A stretch of 64,000 nucleotides of DNA from Mobula hypostoma (lineage: Eukaryota): positions 94,490,001 to 94,554,000 of the forward strand of contig NC_086097.1 of the NCBI RefSeq assembly GCF_963921235.1, read 5' to 3'. The notes beneath the pieces are model-generated. The model saw only the letters and a list, made by a program, of their open reading frames with translations. It made no database searches and was not told where the DNA came from. Below are positions 49,095 to 61,690 of the stretch, in pieces (the first letter of the stretch is position 1; every line of letters begins with the position of its first letter). A program made the position numbers and the translations under genes.

Positions 49095-51555
49095 CTCACA
49101 ACCCCACTGTGACAATCTGACTGTAACAACCGCACTGTGGCATGCTGACTGTACCAATCCCACTGTGGCAGGCTGACTGTACTAACCCCACTGTGACAGG
49201 CTGACCGTACTGACACCTCTGTGACAAACTGACTGTACCGACACCACTGTGACAGGCTGACTGTACCGACCCCACTGTGCTGACTGTACCGACCCCATTG
49301 TGACAGGCTGATTGTACCGACCTCACTGTGTTGATTGTACTGACACCTCTGTGACAAACTGACTGTGCCAAGCCCATTGTGCTGACTGTACCGACCCCAC
49401 TGTAACAGGCTAACTGTACCAACCTCACTGTGTTGATTGTACTGACACCACTGTGACAGGCTGACTGTACCAACCCCATTGTGCTGACTGTACCGACCCC
49501 ACTGTGACAGGCTGACTGTACCGACCCCACTGTGCTGATTGTACTGACCCCACTGTGACAAGCTGACTGTACCAACCACACTGTGACAGGCTGACTGTAC
49601 CGACCTCACTGTGTTGATTGTACTGACACCTCTGTGACAAACTGACTGTACTGACCCCACAGCCTGACTGTGCCGACCCCACTATGACAGGCTGACTGTA
49701 CCGACCCCACTGTGCTGACTGTACTGACCCCATTGTCACAGGCTGATTGTACCGACCTCACTGTGTTGATTGTACTGACACCTCTGTGACAAACTGACTG
49801 TGCCAAGCCCATTGTGCTGACTGTACCAACCCCACTGTGCTGACTGTACCGACCCCACTGTGATAGGCTGACTGTACCGACTTCACTGTGTTGATTGTAT
49901 TGACACCACTGTGACAGGCTGACTGTACCAACCCCATTGTGCTGACTGTACCGACCCCACTGTGCTGACTGTACCAACCCCACTGTGACAGGCTGACTGT
50001 ACCGACCCCACTGTGACAGGCTGACTGTACCAACCCCATTGTGTTGACTGTACCGACCCCACTGTGACAGGCTGACTGTACCAACCCCACTGTGTTGATT
50101 GTACTGAAACCTCTGTGACAAACTGACTGTACCGACCCCACTGTGACAGGTTGACTGTACCGACCCCACTGTGTTGATTGTACTGACACCTCTGTGACAA
50201 ACTGACTGTACCGACCCCACAGCCTGACTGTATCGACCCCACTGTGACAGGCTGACTGTACCGACCTCACTGTGTTGATTGTACTGACACCTCTGTGACA
50301 AACTGACTGTACCGACACCACTGTGACAGGCTGACTGTACCGACCCCACTGTGTTGATTGTACTGACACCTCTGTGACAAACTGACTGTACTGACCCCAC
50401 AGCCTGACTGTGCCGACCCCACTATGACAGGCTGACTGTACCGACCCCACTGTGCTGACTGTACTGACCCCATTGTCACAGGCTGATTGTACCGACCTCA
50501 CTGTGTTGATTGTACTGACACCTCTGTGACAAACTGACTGTGCCAAGCCCATTGTGCTGACTGTACCAACCCCACTGTGCTGACTGTACCGACCCCACTG
50601 TGACAGGCTGACTGTACCGACCTCACTGTGTTGATTGTATTGACACCACTGTGACAGGCTGACTGTACCAACCGCATTGTGCTGACTGTACGGACCCCAC
50701 TGTGCTGACTGTACCAACCCCACTGTGACAGGCTGACTGTACCGACCCCATTGTGCTGACTGTACCGACCCCACTGTGACAGGCTGACTGTACCAACCCC
50801 ATTGTGTTGACTGTACCGACCCCACTGTGACAGGCTGACTGTACCAACCCCACTGTGTTGATTGTACTGAAACCTCTGTGACAAACTGACTGTACCAACC
50901 CCACTGTGACAGGCTGACTGTACCAACCCCACTGTGTTGATTGTACTGACACCTCTGTGACAAACTGACTGTACCGACCCCACAGCCTGACTGTATCGAC
51001 CCCACTGTGACAGGCTGACTGTACCGACTTCACTGTGTTGATTGTATTGACACCACTGTGACAGGCTGACTGTACCAACCGCATTGTGCTGACTGTACCA
51101 ACCCCACTGTGACAGGCTGACTGTACCGACCCCACTGTGACAGGCTGACTGTACCGACTTCACTGTGTTGATTGTATTGACACCACTGTGACAGGCTGAC
51201 TGTACCAACCCCACTGTGCTGACTGTACCAACCCCACTGTGACAGGCTGACTGTACCGACCCCACTGTGTTGACTGTACCGACCCCACTGTGACAGGCTG
51301 ACTGTACCGACCCCACTGTGTTGACTGTACCGACCCCACTGTGACAGGCTGACTGTACCGACCCCACTGTGTTGATTGTACTGAAACCTCTGTGACAAAC
51401 TGACTGTACCAACCCCACTGTGACAAACTGACTGTACCGACCCCACTGTGTTGATTGTACTGAAACCTCTGTGACAAACTGACTGTACCAACCCCACTGT
51501 GACAAACTGACTGTACCGACCCCACTGTGTTGATCGTACTGACCCCACTGTGATA
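49095..51555. repeat. About 2.45-kb compound satellite of 23-bp and 28-bp related monomers (CTGACTGTACCGACCCCACTGTG[ACAGG])
   Basis: Direct periodicity; diagnostic variants recur at a spacing of about 740 bp. Confidence 0.95.
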
Positions 51556-51699
51556 AGCAGACTTCGTTCCCCACAATACAAGATGCTGTTTGTACCCTTC
51601 TTCCCCCGTTTAAAATCACCCACCCGAAATGCTGTGCAGTGCAGGCAGACACATAAAATGGAAGAGTCATGAAGAATAGACTGTGAGATGACAAGCTCA

Positions 51700-52020
51700 G
51701 CTTTATTGTACAATAGGTCTCTTCAACAGCCGTATCTAACAGTGAGATAGAAGCTGTCCTTAAGCCTGGTGGTACATGCTGTCAAGCTTTTGTGTCTTCT
51801 GCCCGATGGGACGGGGTAAAAGAGAGAATGACTGAGGCGGGAGGGGCGTCCTTGATGGTGTTGGCTTCTCCCTGGAACGGTGGATGGAGACACTGGTTTT
51901 GTGTAATAACCTGGACTGCATTGACAACTCTCCGCAGTTCCTTCTGCAGAGCAGTTGCCACACCAGTCTGTGATACATGGGGATGGGATGTTTTCTACGG
52001 TGCAGCGTATAGATGCTGAG
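51700..52020 (-). mobile_element. Degenerate Rex1-type LINE 3' fragment
   Basis: Antisense homolog of 54790-55060. Confidence 0.55.
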
Positions 52021-52544
52021 AGACTATTTCATCTTCTTCCGACTGCCTGCAACTCCATAGTCTCCAGGTGAAGGCTTTCCCCCTCAGTAAGACACCACTT
52101 CAGCCGTCTGCGAGCTTGTAGTAAATTCAAGGCTGAAACGGATGCTTTTAGATGTAGATGACGTGGGTGTTGAGAAGGGAAATGGAGTTGAAGTGTAGGA
52201 GTGCGGTGATTTAGCGGAAAGTCAGAGGAGATGTGACCGAGGGCGGAACACTCCAGCTTCCAAAAGTCTCATCAGTGCCTAAATGAAGACTTACCGCCAT
52301 CCAGTGGCCGCTTGTTGGAAGTGCAGCCTGATGCCCTGCCTGAACAACGGTGCACAGTACATGGCTTCCTGAGACTTGTCCCGTTACTACAATGGCCATG
52401 TTTCAGTGGCAGCTCTCCTACACTGGAGTTGGCAGACCACAGATTCTGCTGCTTCGGCACTGAGCACAAAATCTACACTAGCAGTTCAGTGCAGAGAGCG
52501 TGCTGTGCTAACTTCCAGATGAGATTAACTTCCAGGCTGAGTAC

Positions 52545-53350
52545 AGGGCTACGGTAGGAAACTTTGTCACATGGTGTGAGCAGAATTATCTGCAGCTTAA
52601 TGTGAAAAAGGCTAAGGAGCTGGTGGTAGACCTGAGGAGAGCTAAGGTACCGGTGACGCCTGTTTCCATCCAGGGGGTCAGTGTGGACATGGTGGAGGAT
52701 TACAAATACCTGGGGATACAAATTGACGATAAACTGGACTGGTCAAAGAACACTGAGGCTGTCTACAAGAAGGGTCAGAGCTGTCTCTAATTCCTGAGGA
52801 GACTGAGGTCCTTTAACATCTGCCGGACGATGCTGAGGATGTTCTACGAGTCTGTGGTGGCCAGTGCTATCATATTTGCTGTTGTGTTCTGGGGCAGCAG
52901 GCTGAGGGTAGCAGACACCAACAGAATCAACAAACTCATCCGTAAGGCCAGTGATGTTGTGGGGATGGAACTGGACTCTCTGACGGTGGTGTCTGAAAAG
53001 AGGATGCTGTCCAAGTTGCATGCCATCTTGTTCAATGTCTCCCATCCACTACATAATGAACTGGGTGGGCACAGGAGTACATTCAGCCAGAGACTCATTC
53101 CACCGAGATGCAACACAGAGCGTCATAGGAAGTCATTCCTGCCTGTGGCCATCAAACTTTACAACTCCTCCCTTGGAGGGTCAGACACCCTGAGCCAATA
53201 GGCTGGTCCTGGACTCATTTCATAATTTACTGGCATAATTTACATATTACTATTTGACTATTTATGGTTTTATTACTATTTAATTAATTATGGTGCAACT
53301 GTAACAAAAACCAATTTCCCCCGGGTCAATAATGTATGACTATGACTACG
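52545..53350 (+). mobile_element. Young 5'-truncated Rex1/Babar-type LINE
   Basis: KELVVDLRR, YKYLGIQIDDKLDWSKN and MFYESVVASAI motifs; one stop codon; (TATGAC)n tail. Confidence 0.9.
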
Positions 53351-53744
53351 ACTATTTACTGGGAGCTTTGTATACGAAGCACTGTTGAGGATCCCCACCA
53401 CCCATCCAACAATCTCTTTGACCCTCCACAATAAGGAAGGAGGTACAGGAGCATCAGGACTAGGACTCAGACTGGGTAACAGCTTCTTCCCCCAGGCTAT
53501 GAGACTCATGAATACCCTGCTACCACTGAGATCTCATCACCAGGACAGTGAGCTGTTTACTGTTTACCCGTGTTGTGCACTTCACATGCATTTTGAACCA
53601 TATTTTATTAATTTATTTGTGGTAAGGTTTTGTTTAATGTGCTGTGACATTGTTGGGGCTCCGTGTCTGGAGCAAAATTGTTTGGTTTGGCTGAGTATTT
53701 CTACAGTCAGATGACAATAACCTTGAACATGAACTTGACCGGGT

Positions 53745-55310
53745 AGTCACCACCCCCATGCTGACAGACTCCAGACCATCTGAATCTATGGTCACCACAG
53801 CAACATCAGAAGGGTCTTCGGGTGGGTGAACCCCTGGAAAGCATTAGGGCCAGTTATATCCTGCGTGGGTCAGCTGCCGGGGCATTTGCAAACATTTCTA
53901 ACCTCTCCCTGCTTCAGGGTGTGATTCCTCCTGCTTTAAATAGACCACTATCATCCTGGGACCCAAAAGAAAACAAAATAACCTGCCTTAGTAACTACTG
54001 CCTAGTGGCTCTAACATCTACCATCGTGAAGTGCTTCGAAAGGTTGGTCACGAATATATTAATTCCAGCCTCCCTGATAACCTCAACCCACTGCAGTTTG
54101 CCTACTACCAAAACAGATGGCAGACACCATCTCTCTGGCTCGACACTCATTTTTGGAGCATCTGGACTGTGAATGCACCTACATCAGACTATTGTTATTG
54201 ATCACAGTTCTGCCTTTAATACTATAATTCCAAGCAAGCTCCGGACCCTGAGAATGAACGCCTCCCTCTGTAACTGGATCTGTGACTTTCTAACCAACAG
54301 ACCACAATCAGCAATGGTAGGTAGCAGTACTCCCACCACAGTTACTCTAAACACTGGTGCCCCACAGAGTTGCACCCTCAAAGCCTTTACCCTGTACACT
54401 CGTGACCGTGCGGCCAGATTCCACTCTAACTCCAATTACAAGTTTGCAGATGATACAATTGTAGTGGGCCGTATTTCAAGTAGTGATGAATCAGAGCACA
54501 GGAAGGAGACAGAGAGCTTAGTGACGTGGTGCCATGACAACAGTCTTTCCCCCAATGTCGACAAAACCGAAGGGCAGGTTGTTGAGTTCAGAAAGGGGCT
54601 GGTGCACACACCCCTGTCTACATCCACGTTGTTGAGGTGGAGAGCTTTGGGTTCCAAGGTGACAACATCACCAAAAGCCTGTCCTGTTAGTCATGTTGCT
54701 ATCACAGCCAAAAAAGCTCATTAACGCCTCCACTTCCTCGGGAGGCTAACAAGATTCAGCATGTTCCCATCGACTCTTACTGATTTTCAGCGATGAGAGC
54801 ATTCTGTTGGGATACATCACGGCCTGATACGGCAACTGCTCTGAAAGTGACCGCAAGAAGCTACACAGTTCAGCACCTCACAGGAACCAGCCTGCCCCCT
54901 GTGGACTCTGTCTGTACTTCTCACTGCCTCGGTAAATCAGCCAACATTATCAAAGACCCTACCCTCCCCGGACATTCTCTCTTCTCCCAACTCCCACTGG
55001 GCAGAAGATACAAAAGCCTGAAAGCACATCCCACCGGGATCAAGGACCGCTTCTATCCCAAGCTATCCAACTCTTCATTGGTCCTCTTGTACAAGAAGAT
55101 GGACCCTTGGCCTCACAATCTATTTCAGTTTGCTCTCTTGCACTTTAATACTCTCCTGCTCTGCTCTCTTTCAGTAGCTTCTACACTGTATTGTTTTTGT
55201 TGTACCTTCTTCTAGCTCAATGCACTGCGTAATGATTTGATCTGTAGAAACAGGGTAGGCAAGACAAGATTTACAATGTAACTTGGTATATGTGACAATA
55301 ATAAACCGAT
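53745..55310 (+). mobile_element. Degenerate Rex1/Babar-type LINE with RT region
   Basis: [40 protein letters not shown] and [10 protein letters not shown] motifs. Confidence 0.85.
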
Positions 55311-55609
55311 TCCATTAGCTCTCGAGACAGCTCATTCATTGAAAATTTGAAGTGAAAACTGCGGATGCTGGAAATCTGAGATAAGAAGTGAAGAAGCTGA
55401 GGGGTTCGGCAGTCCAGGTGGTGTTTGTGGGAAGAGGGACAGGGCAGTGGGATGGAGACTACAGAGAAATTTCACAGCTTTCCTTTCCAACATTCAGTGG
55501 AGCACAGTCACTCCAGTTCAATGTTCACAGTGCAGCCTCCTCTGTAAGAGGGAGACTTTCAACTTGCGTTAGCATGAATACGTCAAGAGGGGTGTCTTTA
55601 ACAAACAAA

Positions 55610-56725
55610 AACATAGAACATAGAATAGTACAGCATGCTACAGGCCCTTTGGCCCACAATGTAGTGCCCACCCTCAAACCCTGCCTCCCATATAACCCCC
55701 CACCTTAAATTCCTCCATATACCTGTCTAGTAGTCTCTTAAACTTCACTAGAGTATCTGCCTCCACCACTGACTCAGGCAGTGCATTCCACGCGCCAACC
55801 ACTCTCTGAGTAAAAAACCTTCCTCTAATATCCCCCTTGAACTTCCCACCCCTTACCTTAAAGCCAAGTCCACTTGTATTGAGCAGTGGTGCCCTGGGGA
55901 AGAGGCACTGGCTATCCACTCTATCTATCCCTCTTAATACTTTGTATACCTCTATCATGTCTCCTCTCATCCTCCGTCTCTCCAAAGAGTAAAGCCCTAG
56001 CTCCCTTAATCTCTGATCATAATGCATACTCTCTGAACCAGGCAGCAACCTGGTAAATCTCCTCTGTACCCTTTCCAATGCTTCCACATCCTTCCTATAG
56101 TGAGGCGACCAGAACTGGACACAGTACTCCAAGTGTGGCCTAACCAGAGTTTTATAGAGCTGCATCATTACCTCGTGACTCTTAAACTCTATCCCTCGAC
56201 TTATGAAAGCTAACACCCCATAAGCTTTCTTAACTACCCTATCTACCTGTGAGGCAACTTTCAGGGATCTGTGGACATGTACCCCGAGTTCCCTCTGCTC
56301 CTCCACACTACCAAGTATCCTGCCATTTACTTTGTACTCTGCCTTGGAGTTTGTCCTTCCAAAGTGTACCACCTCACACTTCTCTGGGTTGAACTCCATC
56401 TGCCACTTCTCAGCCCACTTCTGCATCCTATCAATGTCTCTCTGAAATCTTTGACAATCCTCTACACTATCTACAACACCACCAACCTTTGTGTCGTCTG
56501 CAAACTTGCCAACCCACCCTTCTACCCCCACATCCGGGTCATTAATAAAAATCACGAAAAGTAGAGGTCCCAGAACAGATCCTTGTGGGACACCACTAGT
56601 CACAACCCTCCACTCTGAGTGTACTCCCTCCACCACGACCCTCTGCCTTCTGCAGGCAAGCCAATTCTGAATCCACCTGGCCAAACTTCCCTGGATCCCA
56701 TGCCTTCTGACTTTCTGAATAAGCC
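55610..56725 (-). mobile_element. Young 5'-truncated CR1 LINE inserted in Gypsy pol
   Basis: catagaacatagaa tail and an open RT frame. Confidence 0.95.
55674..56684 (-). CDS. CR1 ORF2 reverse transcriptase C-terminal remnant, 336 aa
   Basis: GVPQGSVLGP, KFADDTK and LEYCVQFWSPH motifs. Confidence 0.85.
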   Translation of the reverse strand: MARWIQNWLACRRQRVVVEGVHSEWRVVTSGVPQGSVLGPLLFVIFINDPDVGVEGWVGKFADDTKVGGVVDSVEDCQRFQRDIDRMQKWAEKWQMEFNPEKCEVVHFGRTNSKAEYKVNGRILGSVEEQRELGVHVHRSLKVASQVDRVVKKAYGVLAFISRGIEFKSHEVMMQLYKTLVRPHLEYCVQFWSPHYRKDVEALERVQRRFTRLLPGSESMHYDQRLRELGLYSLERRRMRGDMIEVYKVLRGIDRVDSQCLFPRAPLLNTSGLGFKVRGGKFKGDIRGRFFTQRVVGAWNALPESVVEADTLVKFKRLLDRYMEEFKVGGYMGGRV

Positions 56726-57774
56726 TTTTTTAGTAATTTTTCTGGCACTTCCTTTTCAAAGGGTAAATGGGACAATTCATCAGCATTTTTATGACTAGTT
56801 GTCCTTTTGAATTCAATCTTGTAATTGTGTCCTCCAAGAAACTGAGCCCATCTCTACATTTGTGCTTCTGCTATTAGTGGAACAGACTTCTGTGGACTGA
56901 AAATGGACACTAGTGGTTAATGGTCAGTAATGAGGGTAAACTCTCTCCCACACAAGTACTGGTTGAGATGCTTTACAACCCAAACCAGACTCAAGGCCTC
57001 GCTGTCAATCTGTGCGTAACTTTTCTCTGCAGCAGTAAGGGAACGTAGCAAAGATTATGGTGCGCTCATTTCCATCCCACACAACATGTGACATGACTGC
57101 ACTGCACCTATACCAAAAGGTGAGGCTTCACAGACATGCTTCACTGATCAAAATGTGTGAGTACAGTGTCTGCCATCACCATTCCCTTTACCCTTTGGAA
57201 AGCCACCTCACACTGCTTTGTCCATTGCCATTTGTTCCCGAGCTGTAGTAATAAGTTCAAGGAGTGGATCACAGTAGCCGGGTTTGGCAGGAACCTGCTA
57301 CAATAATTGACAGATCCTAAGAAGGACCACATCTGTGTCACATCCTTAGGCCTTGGGGCATCCACCACTGCTTGATTTTTCTCTGCACATTTGTGTAATT
57401 CTTGTGCGTCAATTGTGTAACCAGAGTAACTGATGCTTGGTTTAAAGAATTCACACTTGCCTCATCGTGCTCTGAGCCCATAGCCTTTTAATCTTTTTAA
57501 AACTGTTTTGGGACCTTGGAGTTGTCCCTTGTCGTTCTTACTGGTAACAATGATGTCATCCAGGTAACTCTTGAGTGCCCGGGCAGCCTTATAGTACCTG
57601 GTTTGTAGCTTTCTGCCAGAGTGCAAGTGGGATGCTACTCCAGAAATAACCCTTTTATAGAGATAAAGCCATTTGTGAGTGTTAATGGTGAGAAATATTT
57701 TGGACTCTACAAGAAGGCCTCAGATAAGTCCACTTTACTGAAGTGCTTTTTCTCCAGAAAGGTTTCCAAAGATA

Positions 57775-59373
57775 CAGGTGTCCCCCGCTTTTCGAACGTT
57801 CACTTTACGAAACCTCACTGTTACGAAAGACCTACATTAGTACCCTGTTTTCGCTTTCAGAAGGTGTTTTCACTGTTACGAAGAAAGGTAGCCCGCGATA
57901 AAAAATCAGTGCGCGATAAAAGGCAGCGCACGTCCCGAGCAGCTGCTCTCCCCCGGATTCAGAACGGCATTGCTTAAACACGTGCCTGTGAGCAGCCGTT
58001 TGCAAAATGAGTTCTGAGGTATTGGAAAAGCCTAAAAGAGCTCGTAAGGGTGTTAAACTTAGCATAAAACTAGACATAATTAAGTGTTTTGATCATGGTG
58101 AACGAAGCAAGGACAAAGTGAGTTTGGCTTGTGGAAGCTGACGAAGATGATGTTGAAGAGGTTTTGGCATCCCATGACCAAGAACTGACAGATGAAGAGC
58201 TGATGCAATTGGAAGAGGAACGGATAACAATCGAAACCGAATGCAGAAAGTGAAGCAACTGCGTGAGATTTTCGCTGCAATGATAAAGTACGACTTTAAT
58301 TTTGAAAGGGTATGTAGGTTTAGGGGATATTTGCAAGATGGTTTGAGTGCTTACAAACAACTGTATGATAGAAAAGTGCGCGAGGCTCAGCAGTCAAGCA
58401 GGCCTTCCACATCAGCCACAGCAGAGGACGAACCTAGATCTTCGACATCGAGGGAGGCAGTCGTAGGAGAAGATGAGCTGCCTACCCTGATTGACGATGA
58501 GATGACACCCCCGTGTCCCACCACCCCAACACCTGGGCCCTGGACAGATACTGTACCGATTCGCGGAGAATGCAGCAGTAGCTGGGAGGCACACAGCACA
58601 TCTTTAAGAAAAAAGCCAAAATAAACAAGCTAATTAATTAGGTGCCGCCGACACGTAATTGTCGGCCCGGATCAGTGCCGATTTCCGATTGCATCGCCTC
58701 TGATCTGGGCTGACAATTACGTCTTGGCGGCACCTAATTAATTAGCATGTTTATTTCGGCTTTTTTCTTAAAGATGTGCTGTGTGCCTCTCGGCTACTGC
58801 TGTGTTCTTCACGGCAATGTATTGGGTCGGTGGCCCGGAGGGTGGGGGCCACCGCACCACCCAACCTGCGACGACTCAGCCTAACACACCATCATCAGTT
58901 TGCTTGGCGCTGTCTTCCCGATTCTGGTAAGTGATACTACACTGTACATACATTATTTCTATTTTATATAGGCTGTGTATTTTTATGTGTTATTTGGTAG
59001 ATTTGGCAGCTTCATAGCTTAAAGGTTACTGGAGAGCGCGTTTATGCCAACAGCGCTTGTGTGAGATTTTCTGCCAAGAGCGCTTGCATGAGATTTTTGC
59101 TACGGAGATCTGTGCAGGCAATCATTGTAGAGAAGTATTTCTACTTTATATAGGCTGTGTATTTATCATATCATTCCTGCTTTTACTATATGTTACTGTT
59201 ATTTTAAGTTTTATGTGTTATTTGTCATGATTTGGTAGGTTATTTTTGGGTCTGCGAACGCTCACAAAATTTTCCCATGTAAATAAATGGTAATTGCTTC
59301 TTCGCTTTACGACATTTCGACTTATGAACCATTTCATAGGAACGCTCTACCTTCGGATGGCGGGGGAAACCTG
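57775..59373 (+). mobile_element. Internally deleted Tigger/pogo (Tc1-mariner) DNA transposon
   Basis: TIRs CAGGTGTCCCCCGC and CAGGTTTCCCCCGC (reverse complement), with TA on both sides. CENP-B-like N-terminus KRARKGVKLSIKLDIIK lies next to the acidic C-terminus DEDDVEEVLASHDQELTDEELMQLE; no DDE domain. Confidence 0.9.
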
Positions 59374-61043
59374 TATTCTCTATCCTGGGCAGAGGGTATA
59401 GATCTATTTTGAGTGCTGGGTTGATGGTGACCTCAAGATCACCACAGATCCTGACAGACTTATTCTTCTTGGCTACTGGGACCTCTGGCATTGCCCATGG
59501 GCTCCACTCAACATTGGAAAGAATTCCTTCAGCCTCCATGCGATCCAGCTCACTAGCTACTTTATCATGGATGGTACAAGGAACCAGCCAGGCTTTGCAA
59601 AACAGGTGCGGTATTTTCATTTAACACCATTTTACCCTTGAGTTTTTTGAGTTTTCCAATACCACTCCTGTGGCATCATCTGTATCTTTCTTAATTTGCT
59701 TTCATATGGCTCCGTTACAGGGGATGTGGCCTGCAGATGGTGGATGGATCTCTAATCAAGTTGTAGTTGTCTCAGCCAATCATGGCCAACAATGCCGATC
59801 TTCCTGTTTTTAACCACATAAAAGCCTAATGTGGCTTGTTGTATTTAATTGTTACAAATGTCATTCCCATAGGAGTTATCTTTTTTCTAGAATAAGTTCT
59901 CAGTTTGGTAACTTTGAAATGCCATTCAAACTCATTTTGTGGAATGACTGAAACAGCTGATTCCATTTTAATTAATTTGCCATTCACTTCTGGCGTGGAC
60001 CATGTTGCTTTTATATTGTTTGTTTTCACATTGTAAATCTCAAGGCTCTTCAGTCCTGTGTCACTCTCATCATTATTAGATTTTTCATCAACAGTGTGCA
60101 GATTAGTGCTCTTCTTGAAACTGCAACTTGACTTTGCAGACTTTTCTCTTCCCAGAGCAGTCATTTATTTTTGCCTGCCTGACATGCTCTTTGTACGGGT
60201 CCTACTTTGTTGCATTTTCTGCAAGTTTTGCCTTTAAATCTGCATTAGTCTGGTCTATGTGATCCGCTGCCACAACAGTAACACAAATTGTTCAGCCAGG
60301 CTAGTTTTCGTTTAAATGTTGCAATTTTGTTCACACTCACTTTCTTTCCTGACTGCAACTCAATTGCAACTTCGTCTGCGGTTTCCATCGAAATAGTGGT
60401 TTCTATTGCTCTTTTGAATGGTGGCTGTGCTTCAGTTAGGAGCTGCTTCTGAATGCTTTCTTTTGAGATTCCACAAACTAAATGATCTCTCAGTGTGTCA
60501 TTAAGACCATTACCAAGCTGACAATGATCAGACAATCTCTTCAGTTCAGCCAGATACGTTGAAATGGACTCTCCTCCTCTCTGATTCTGCTTATGAAACC
60601 TGAAGCATTCTGCAATCAACAATGGTTTTGGCTCTAAGTGTTGCTGCGTTACTTTGACAATATCAGGAAGGCTCAGTTCTGATGGTTTGGTTGGAGCAGT
60701 CAAACTTCGAAGCAAACTGTATGCTTTCCAACCTAATGAACTCAGAAAAATTGACACTTGCTTCTCATTGGTTATTTCATTTGCCTCAAAATGCTGTGCC
60801 AATAGCTCAGTATACATGAGCTGTGTAATCAAACCCGTCAATCTTTCTGAAGGAACCTGCCATTCCTGAATTTTTTTTTATGATTAGTATCACCCAGTAC
60901 TCACTCTTTATGTGTACGTTTTCCATTCTGAAGACAGTCTCTCCATTAGCTGGGTTGTGCAAAATTCTCTACTGTGAACGTCTCACTCCACTTTAACAGT
61001 TGGTAGCTGTCTCGGGTTTGTTTTAAAAATACCTCATCACTAA

Positions 61044-61282
61044 TGTTATGTTTTTTAACTTCAAAACATTAAACTAATTCAAAGAAAACATGGGAGTCCG
61101 GGAATACGTGTCTGGTTTAGAGTTTCCTTTAAGCAAGGTATGCACGTGTCCCATGCTGACGTATGCAATTAATGTATTTATACATATAACCTGTAATTAA
61201 TTATTTAAGCAAGCAAGATTACTTAATCAAGCAATATCTATACAAGATTACTCAAACATTACTAAAATTTAATTACACAACA
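61044..61282 (-). repeat. 5' LTR of the Mag-like Gypsy element, followed by a degenerate PBS
   Basis: The minus strand starts TGTTGTG and ends ATAACA, followed by TTAGTGATGAGG (TGGTGACGAGG-like). Confidence 0.6.
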
Positions 61283-61690
61283 GAACAGATGCAGTATATT
61301 AAGATGCTCTCTATGGTGCAGTGGTAAAAGGTCACCAGCATCTGTTCAGGTAGAGCAGCTTTCTTCAGCGTCCTGAGGAAAAACAAGCGTTGCTGTGCTT
61401 TTGTAACTATCGTTGTGGTGTTAGTGGACCATGTAAGGTCTTCTGAGATGTGTATTCCCAGAAACCTGAAACTGGACACTCTCTCCACTATGTCTCTGTT
61501 AATGTAGACTGAAGCATACTCATCATCCCATGACTTTCCAAAATTGACAATTAGCTCCTTAGTCTTTGTTGTATTAAGAGACACGTTGTTCTCTGAGCAC
61601 CAGCTCACTAAGTTCTGTACCTCCACTCTGTACACTGATTTGTCTCTGTTGGAGATCAACCCGATCACTGTTGTGTTGTCTGTGAATTTG
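61283..61690 (-). mobile_element. Rex1-type LINE internal fragment
   Basis: ORF 61273..61668 reads LNTTKTKELIV..FRFLGIHISEDLTW..QQRLFFLRTL; same family as 16780-17370. Confidence 0.85.

Larger units (their letters stand above)
55530..61282 (-). mobile_element. Decayed Ty3/Gypsy LTR retrotransposon, Mag/K02A2.6-like (5' LTR, gag, protease, RT, RNase H), truncated before integrase
   Basis: gag ORF 60245..60841 with LRDHLVCGI and a zinc knuckle CYCCGSGSH. RT motifs VEWSPWA..VRICGD..YPLPRIE and YLDDIIV. RNase H motifs CEASPFGIGAV, YAQID and TDH. Confidence 0.9.

Noticed and set aside
49095..51555. CRISPR-like appearance of the short repeats (also at 46499-46674 and 13228-13625)
   Set aside because: The units are head-to-tail with no unique spacers, there are no cas genes, and the context is eukaryotic.
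49085..51713. Long minus-strand ORFs of up to 415 aa
   Set aside because: They are translations of the satellite in all three frames, with no domain or splice evidence.
52272..52469. Minus-strand donor GCG|GTAAGT near 52295 with short ORFs
   Set aside because: There is no convincing acceptor and the peptides are not recognised.
60245..60841. Gag ORF as a domesticated gene
   Set aside because: It has no proper start, the zinc knuckle is interrupted by a stop, and it sits in a decayed LTR element.
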